DNA of 62,050 nucleotides, the filler included, from Globobulimina sp. (lineage: Eukaryota): assembly GCA_003354225.1 (NCBI GenBank). It is 17 parts of 17 records of this genome, joined end to end, with 100 filler letters (N's around TTAATTAATTAA, not from the genome) between each part and the next. Parts side by side here need not be neighbours in the genome. Positions count along the whole stretch, not along the records: positions 54,847 to 58,398 come from PIVH01002524.1; positions 58,499 to 62,050 come from PIVH01002525.1; 15 more parts are not named here. One strand, given 5' to 3'. The notes beneath the pieces are model-generated. The model did no database searches. It saw only the letters and a list, made by a program, of their open reading frames with translations, and was not told the origin of the DNA. Every line of letters starts with the position of its first letter. Within the stretch, counting starts at the first letter, position 1. Made by a program: the position numbers and the translations under genes. Shown piece after piece: positions 56,332 to 62,050 of the stretch.

Positions 56332-57876
56332 ATGTCAGTTCCACTGTCACAGTTGGTGCAGGACAGAATTACGTTATGTTATCATGGATTGAAAAAAGCA
56401 TTTGTTATTTATAATGAAATCTATGAAGATTCAATTCAAAATTTGTTAGTTTTGTATGATGTATGTTGTTTTGCCATATTTTTTGGTCTGGAAAACAATC
56501 AATAATTGGCTAATATTTTCAAAAAACAGGATTTGTTGTCTACAAATCAAGTTAATTTGGACAAACCATATGATGGCGACAAATGCTTTATTCATACATT
56601 AGCAAAACGACAACATATTAGATTGCTTGAAACTTTTATTGATCTGGGAGTTGATGTTAATGCAGCATCAAAAGATGGAAGCACCGCGGCACATTATATT
56701 GTACAGACTGGCGATTCTGAATTAACGCGGAATATATTATCATTATTAATAAAGCACAAATCAGATCTGACCATAGCAAATGACAATGGATTTTCTCCAC
56801 TGGATTTATGTGGATACAAATTAACTCGTTTTGTCCAACAACTACAACAAGATAATCCAAAAGAGAAATCATTTTATAATTTTCAGAAACAAGATATAAA
56901 GAATACATTTAATATATTTGATCGAACTAAGACAGGCTATATATCCATGGCAGAGATTAAAGATACCATTCAACACTTAAACGTGGGCTTTGATGTAAGT
57001 GACAATTTATTGGATTGCATGTTTCGTCTTTGTGATGTAACTGGCGACGGACAAATATCATCGCAAGAATTCCATGCAATGGTCAGCACAAATATTAATT
57101 CTGTTGAAAGGCCAATATATCAAAATGCAAAATTAGCACAATTATTTCGGAAAAAAATTGATAACCAAGTACTTATTAGAGATATACCATTGGATTTTAT
57201 ATTTATTCCGAGGAATATACAAAATGACGTTGTTTTATTGAAAGGTGGAGAATTGAAGGAAAATGAAATGAAACAACAAAAACATTCAAAGTGGACAAAT
57301 ATTGAAGCAGCACATAATTTGATTGATGCAGAATCCGTCGCTAAAGTTTTAAAAAAATGCGATTTAAACTTTACAAAATTAGAAAGATTATATCAATTAT
57401 ATTTTAATAAAAACAGTGGTACGATAAAGCATTCATATACAACATTTGAAGATTTTATGAAAGCATTCAAAAGTGCAGAGAGCAAATACAAAAAGAAATT
57501 AAAGCGATTATTTTATACATTCAGTGAGGAACATTCAAAGTTTGTGAATGGAAGATTATTATTTATTTGTTTGGCCGGTGTTTTAGCTCAATACGAAACA
57601 CATTTTGCGACATTGGATGAATTAGCAAAAATAAGAGCAGATTTTGTATTTAAATTATTGGATGCAAACAATGAGCAAACTCTGGATATATTTCAGATTG
57701 CCTGGCTATTGCGAGCAGCGAGTATATTTACAAAATCTGAACAAGAAATATTAAGAAAATCACAATTGTTATTAACAGCATCGGGAGCGAAAGGATATGG
57801 CGACAGAGCAAAAAAAGACATTTTTAATGAAGTTGTTTTAAGATTTCCAAGTATCATATTTATCAAAGTGGTTTAA
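56332..57876 (+). CDS. Ankyrin + EF-hand protein, 2 exons
   Basis: Intron 56461..56529. Ankyrin DGSTAAHY and GFSPLDL, EF loops DRTKTGYISMAE and DVTGDGQISSQEF. Confidence 0.8.
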
Positions 57877-57886
57877 ATTTAATATT

Positions 57887-58398
57887 TTACAGTGTCGTAT
57901 TTCCGTTGCATGCGCCACCACACCCATTGTAAATAATTCCTTGCACAAAAAACTTATAATTTTCCTCTTGCGTGATTGCTTGCAATTTATTATATTCATG
58001 CGTATCATGTTCTCGTTTTGGTGGCAAATTAACAAATGGCACAATAGGCATATTATAATTCCATCCTTGTATCATGCACGAATTGTTGTATTCATTATTG
58101 TTTCTTATGTCAACAACAACACTATCATTGTAAATCCAATTGAATGCATATAATGTTTCGTTCCCTTCAGCAACATCAGAACTGTACATAAAGCAATTCA
58201 GACTCCGCGCTAACTGTTGCGCTCCAAGCCAAGTAACTTGCGCATCGCCCAAAGCAAACTCAATCAAAACATTATGAATTGGGGTACCAAGCAATGGCTC
58301 TTTATTTAAGTGTGAAATAAATCCGGATGGTTCAATTTGTGTCCATATTAAGTCAAACCATGACAGAAACATTATTCTATCGACATCATCCGGATGGA
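57887..58398 (-). CDS. C-terminal part of a putative alpha/beta-hydrolase-like protein
   Basis: IWTQIEPSGF...VLIEFALGDAQVTWLGAQQLARSL...HDTHE. Truncated by the contig edge. Confidence 0.5.
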
Positions 58399-58923
58399 NN
58401 NNNNNNNNNNNNNNNNNNNNNNNNNNNNNNNNNNNNNNNNNNTTAATTAATTAANNNNNNNNNNNNNNNNNNNNNNNNNNNNNNNNNNNNNNNNNNNNTT
58501 AAAAAAACGTTTTTTAGTTAATATTAATCTGAACGAACAAAATCAATTTTGAATATTAATGAACAAAATCAAATCAATTTTTACTATGTTTGGTTCAAAT
58601 TTTAAACTGCAACATTTATATCCAATTAATTATTAATAATAGTATGTTTAGTTCAAATGTTGAGTATGGGAAAACATAGAGATTACAGATTAATTTTGAA
58701 TATAATGAATATGGAAAAATAAATGTAACAATTGGTGCGAGTGGAATATAGAATATAATAAAATATAGTCATATTATATGACATACTGTATACAAGGATA
58801 AGACATGCAGTACAAAAACAAATGAAAACATGCAAAAAAAAACAGGAAAGTTAATAGGATTAATCATAATGTTTTTCGTCGTAACGGAGAGAAACGTTGA
58901 TCTGTAATATACATTATATGGCA

Positions 58924-60416
58924 TTAATAGATATATAAACGTACCATATACAAGATATGTATGTGCAACATGGCAGATTGCCTATGTGCAATTACGGTAC
59001 CTGTTACTGAATAAGATTGAGAGCGATAAGGTCGGTAAAACTGTCCATCGTAACCAGTGGTGGCAGTCAATGTGGTCATGGGAGAATCATTGGGAGCATG
59101 ATGCATTTGAGTAACATCATCTTGATAAATATCACAATCGTAACCATGGTCAATCTTTATTTCTTGTTGTTTGTTGTCAGTATTTGTCCCTTGTTGTTTG
59201 TTAACGTTTCTATTGAAATTATTGATATTTTGAGAATAATCAGCTAGCGGTTCAACATAAACAGGAACAAAGTTAAACTCATCAAATAATTGATAAACAT
59301 CACTTTGAAAATTTAATGTTGTTTGATTCGATATAACTTCTAATTGGTCAATAATTAAACCCATTAATGTTACTGCTGTCAAATCCGGGTTATTCTGTAT
59401 AGGATTAACAGAGTTAGATAAATTCTGACATATTTGGATAAGTTCGTGTGATATATCTGAACATCTCGAAGTGCAAACAAATGCATATGGAAAAACCAAA
59501 CAAAACCAAACTTGAAGCAACTTATTCACGTTTATAGTGTCATCAATATTTGTTTTTAAATACAATTGAAACGCATGACATTCTTTTAAAATACTGCATG
59601 ATATTAATGAGTGCGCTCTTGTTGAGGGTAACTTTAATTTCTGTTTGAATATACTTGTAACAATCTGTATATACAAATGTTTTGTCAGAAAAATACGAAA
59701 CCACATAGAGAATATAGAGACATATACTCATTACTCACTTACCTGCACAGTCAGGCTTTTCACAAATTTGCTCTGGAGAGAAATACATCGTTCATTAAAA
59801 TACCTTTTTGCTGCAATTCTAATAAATCGCGTAACGGCATCAAATATTGGTATCCATAAATATTGCGCCAAAATTGCTCTTTTTCTTTGATCAAACCATG
59901 AACGAGAGGTTGTAAAATATTTTCTAAAAGAATCGAATTTATGTTTTGAATGATTTAAAACAATGCCGTTCCATGATTCAATCAGTCGCATTGTTAATTT
60001 CTGTAAACAATTATTAATTAATTGCTCGTTGACAGCGTTTTCATATAATTTTGTATCGATATACAATTTCATTCTCTCATTTATTATTTTAAAATGTGCC
60101 ACTTGTTTATTAATTATATCTTGGAGCACGTTTACACGAATCACCATCAGTTTGGATTCTCTTTCCTGTGCACCGTATATATATATTGCTGGATATTTTA
60201 TGTTTTCAACTCTGTTTTTAGCGCAATTAGCTTAACTATTAATTTTTGCTTTGTTATTCTAATCCAATTTGAAAAATTATCGCCTGCAACCTCAGTAATG
60301 CCATCAATGGATACAATTTCATTTTTTACAACACGACGACGCCTTTTTTGCTGCTTTTTTACAATATCTGGTTTTTGGTTGTTTATATATGCATTTGATA
60401 CTTTTGTGTCATCCAT
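58924..60416 (-). CDS. Hypothetical multi-exon protein
   Basis: Three consecutive same-strand ORFs with GT..AG-bounded AT-rich gaps. Exon borders and 3' end unresolved. Confidence 0.45.
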
Positions 60417-60573
60417 TTGTGTTAAAACCGCGGCCGCTTTCTACAGGTTGGATGATGAGAGTTTTTAATGAAAGTTGTAAAACCTAGAGGTTGGCAGTTT
60501 TTTAAGATGTTTGAGTGACCTAAAACCAGTAACTCTTACATTCGTACTTTCTACCCAACTGAGGTGATATTGT

Positions 60574-61875
60574 ATGAATACAGATCCTAATACAAACAGA
60601 TCTGTGTATTGTTGTTATTTATTGCGATGTTTGAATCCTAAATGGAATAATGCGCAATATATCGGTTTTACAAATAATCCGCCACGAAGAATACGTCAAC
60701 ATAATGGAGAGTTATCTAATGGCGCAAAGAAAACAAAACGAAAACGGCCATGGGAAATGGTACTATTTATTTATGGATTTCCGACAAAACACAGTGCATT
60801 GCAATTTGAATGGGCGTGGCAAAAACCTAAATATTCACGTTTGGTTAAACATTATTTGACCAAAAAAACCTATAAAGGTGGCGTCAATGGCAAAATACAA
60901 ATTTTATTTGAAATGATACAAATGTTACCATTCAAGAATTATCCATTAAATATAAATTGGACAAATAACAATCATTATAATCAATATTCTAAATTAATAA
61001 ACATTGGCAATATACCACCACATATTTACATACACACTCGGCCACTGAACAAATTGTATTATTTTCATAAAAAAAAATATAAAAAAAATAACAAAAATAA
61101 AAACGATATTAATATCAATATTGATAATGATAATGATCATAAAAGTGCCGATTTATTAAATTATTATCAACAAAATATAAAATATTGCCATCCGCCAGTT
61201 ATTTTTTGTCATTGTTGCCATCAAAAAGAAGAATTTGGTCATTTAAAAAACTTAAATCAATCATCATTATTGTTACAATATGACAATAAATTTACAAAAT
61301 GTCCAAATAAAAAATGTAAAGCATATTTACATTTATTGTGTTTAACAAAACAAGCTTTAAATAAAAGCATTAAAGCATACAAAAACAATGTTGATATAAA
61401 TATACAAAATGGAAATTCAAAAAGAAATAAAATGGTTGATATTGATTCAAAAATTGTTGGAATTTCAAAAAAATTAAGAATTATTCCAAATAATGTAACA
61501 TGCCCAAAATGTAAAAATATATGTAAATGGCCAGAATATATACGAAATACCTTAAGATTTATTGATATCACAATTGATGATGAGAGCGAAGAAGAGGATC
61601 ATGATTTAGATGACGAGGATATGGAAGAAGATGAAGAGAACATTCACTATGATCATAATGCAAACAATAAAAATCACAATAAAGTGATTCCGGGCGTCGG
61701 TTATTGTCACGCAAACAATCAAAATAAACAGAAAACAAATAACAATCATGATTATGACTCAACGTCATCGGTCAGTGAGGTGGATGAGGATGAGGTGGAT
61801 GAGGAAAGTGACGACGATGATGATATTGGAATGAGTTTAAAAGATCGTTTGAAACAAAGAGGAATTAATTGTTAA
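60574..61875 (+). CDS. SLX1: Structure-specific endonuclease SLX1
   Basis: GIY-YIG domain CYLL..YIGFTNNPPRRIRQHNG..GAKKT..RPWEMVL..GFP...ALQFEWAWQ and a C-terminal RING/PHD-like finger (C..C..HLLCL..CPKC..W). Confidence 0.93.
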   Translation: MNTDPNTNRSVYCCYLLRCLNPKWNNAQYIGFTNNPPRRIRQHNGELSNGAKKTKRKRPWEMVLFIYGFPTKHSALQFEWAWQKPKYSRLVKHYLTKKTYKGGVNGKIQILFEMIQMLPFKNYPLNINWTNNNHYNQYSKLINIGNIPPHIYIHTRPLNKLYYFHKKKYKKNNKNKNDININIDNDNDHKSADLLNYYQQNIKYCHPPVIFCHCCHQKEEFGHLKNLNQSSLLLQYDNKFTKCPNKKCKAYLHLLCLTKQALNKSIKAYKNNVDINIQNGNSKRNKMVDIDSKIVGISKKLRIIPNNVTCPKCKNICKWPEYIRNTLRFIDITIDDESEEEDHDLDDEDMEEDEENIHYDHNANNKNHNKVIPGVGYCHANNQNKQKTNNNHDYDSTSSVSEVDEDEVDEESDDDDDIGMSLKDRLKQRGINC

Positions 61876-62050
61876 ACGTTTGAACCCGCGTTTGATTTTT
61901 CAATATCGATTGTAATGTGATTTAATTGTTTCAAGTCATTGTTATGTTCTTGCGCTACATCGATTTCATTTATTATTGTTTTATCGGTTTTTAGCGGGTT
62001 CTGATTACATCGGACAAGTTCCACTTTTTTGATTCCATAATAGTATTTTA

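Noticed and set aside
60574-61875. GIY-YIG protein as the missing endonuclease of the Penelope element
   Set aside because: It is canonical SLX1 on an unrelated contig. Proximity comes from concatenation.

Overview
This window is not one locus. It is 17 unrelated contigs (3561 down to 3552 bp, sorted by length) joined by artificial 100-bp linkers (44N-TTAATTAATTAA-44N), so no neighbourhood can be inferred across linkers. Most contigs come from an AT-rich, gene-dense microbial eukaryote with short (mostly ~55-70 nt) GT-AG introns. The gene families look foraminiferan/Retarian, but that is an inference. Recognisable genes include HSP20, a GT2-like and a sulfotransferase-like protein, GH31 alpha-glucosidase, a BVMO/FMO, a NIPA transporter, U2A', an SLC25 carrier, PP4R3/SMEK, SLX1, and ankyrin, EF-hand and PWWP proteins. 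Three contigs carry bacterial fragments, probably amplification chimeras, and one satellite-rich contig may come from another organism. The most notable signals are three. (1) Two homologous tRNA-like genes have a ~150-nt insert replacing the anticodon loop and show compensatory changes in the acceptor stem, T-stem and the 19-56 elbow pair. Each lies just downstream of a same-strand protein gene on a contig that closes as a circle. (2) An endonuclease-less Penelope-like retroelement has ORF1 and RT in one frame split by a single TGA, and a 3' minimal hammerhead ribozyme with a swapped G3-C8 core. (3) Three gene-bearing contigs have exact terminal direct repeats, i.e. ~3.4-kb circles or tandem units.
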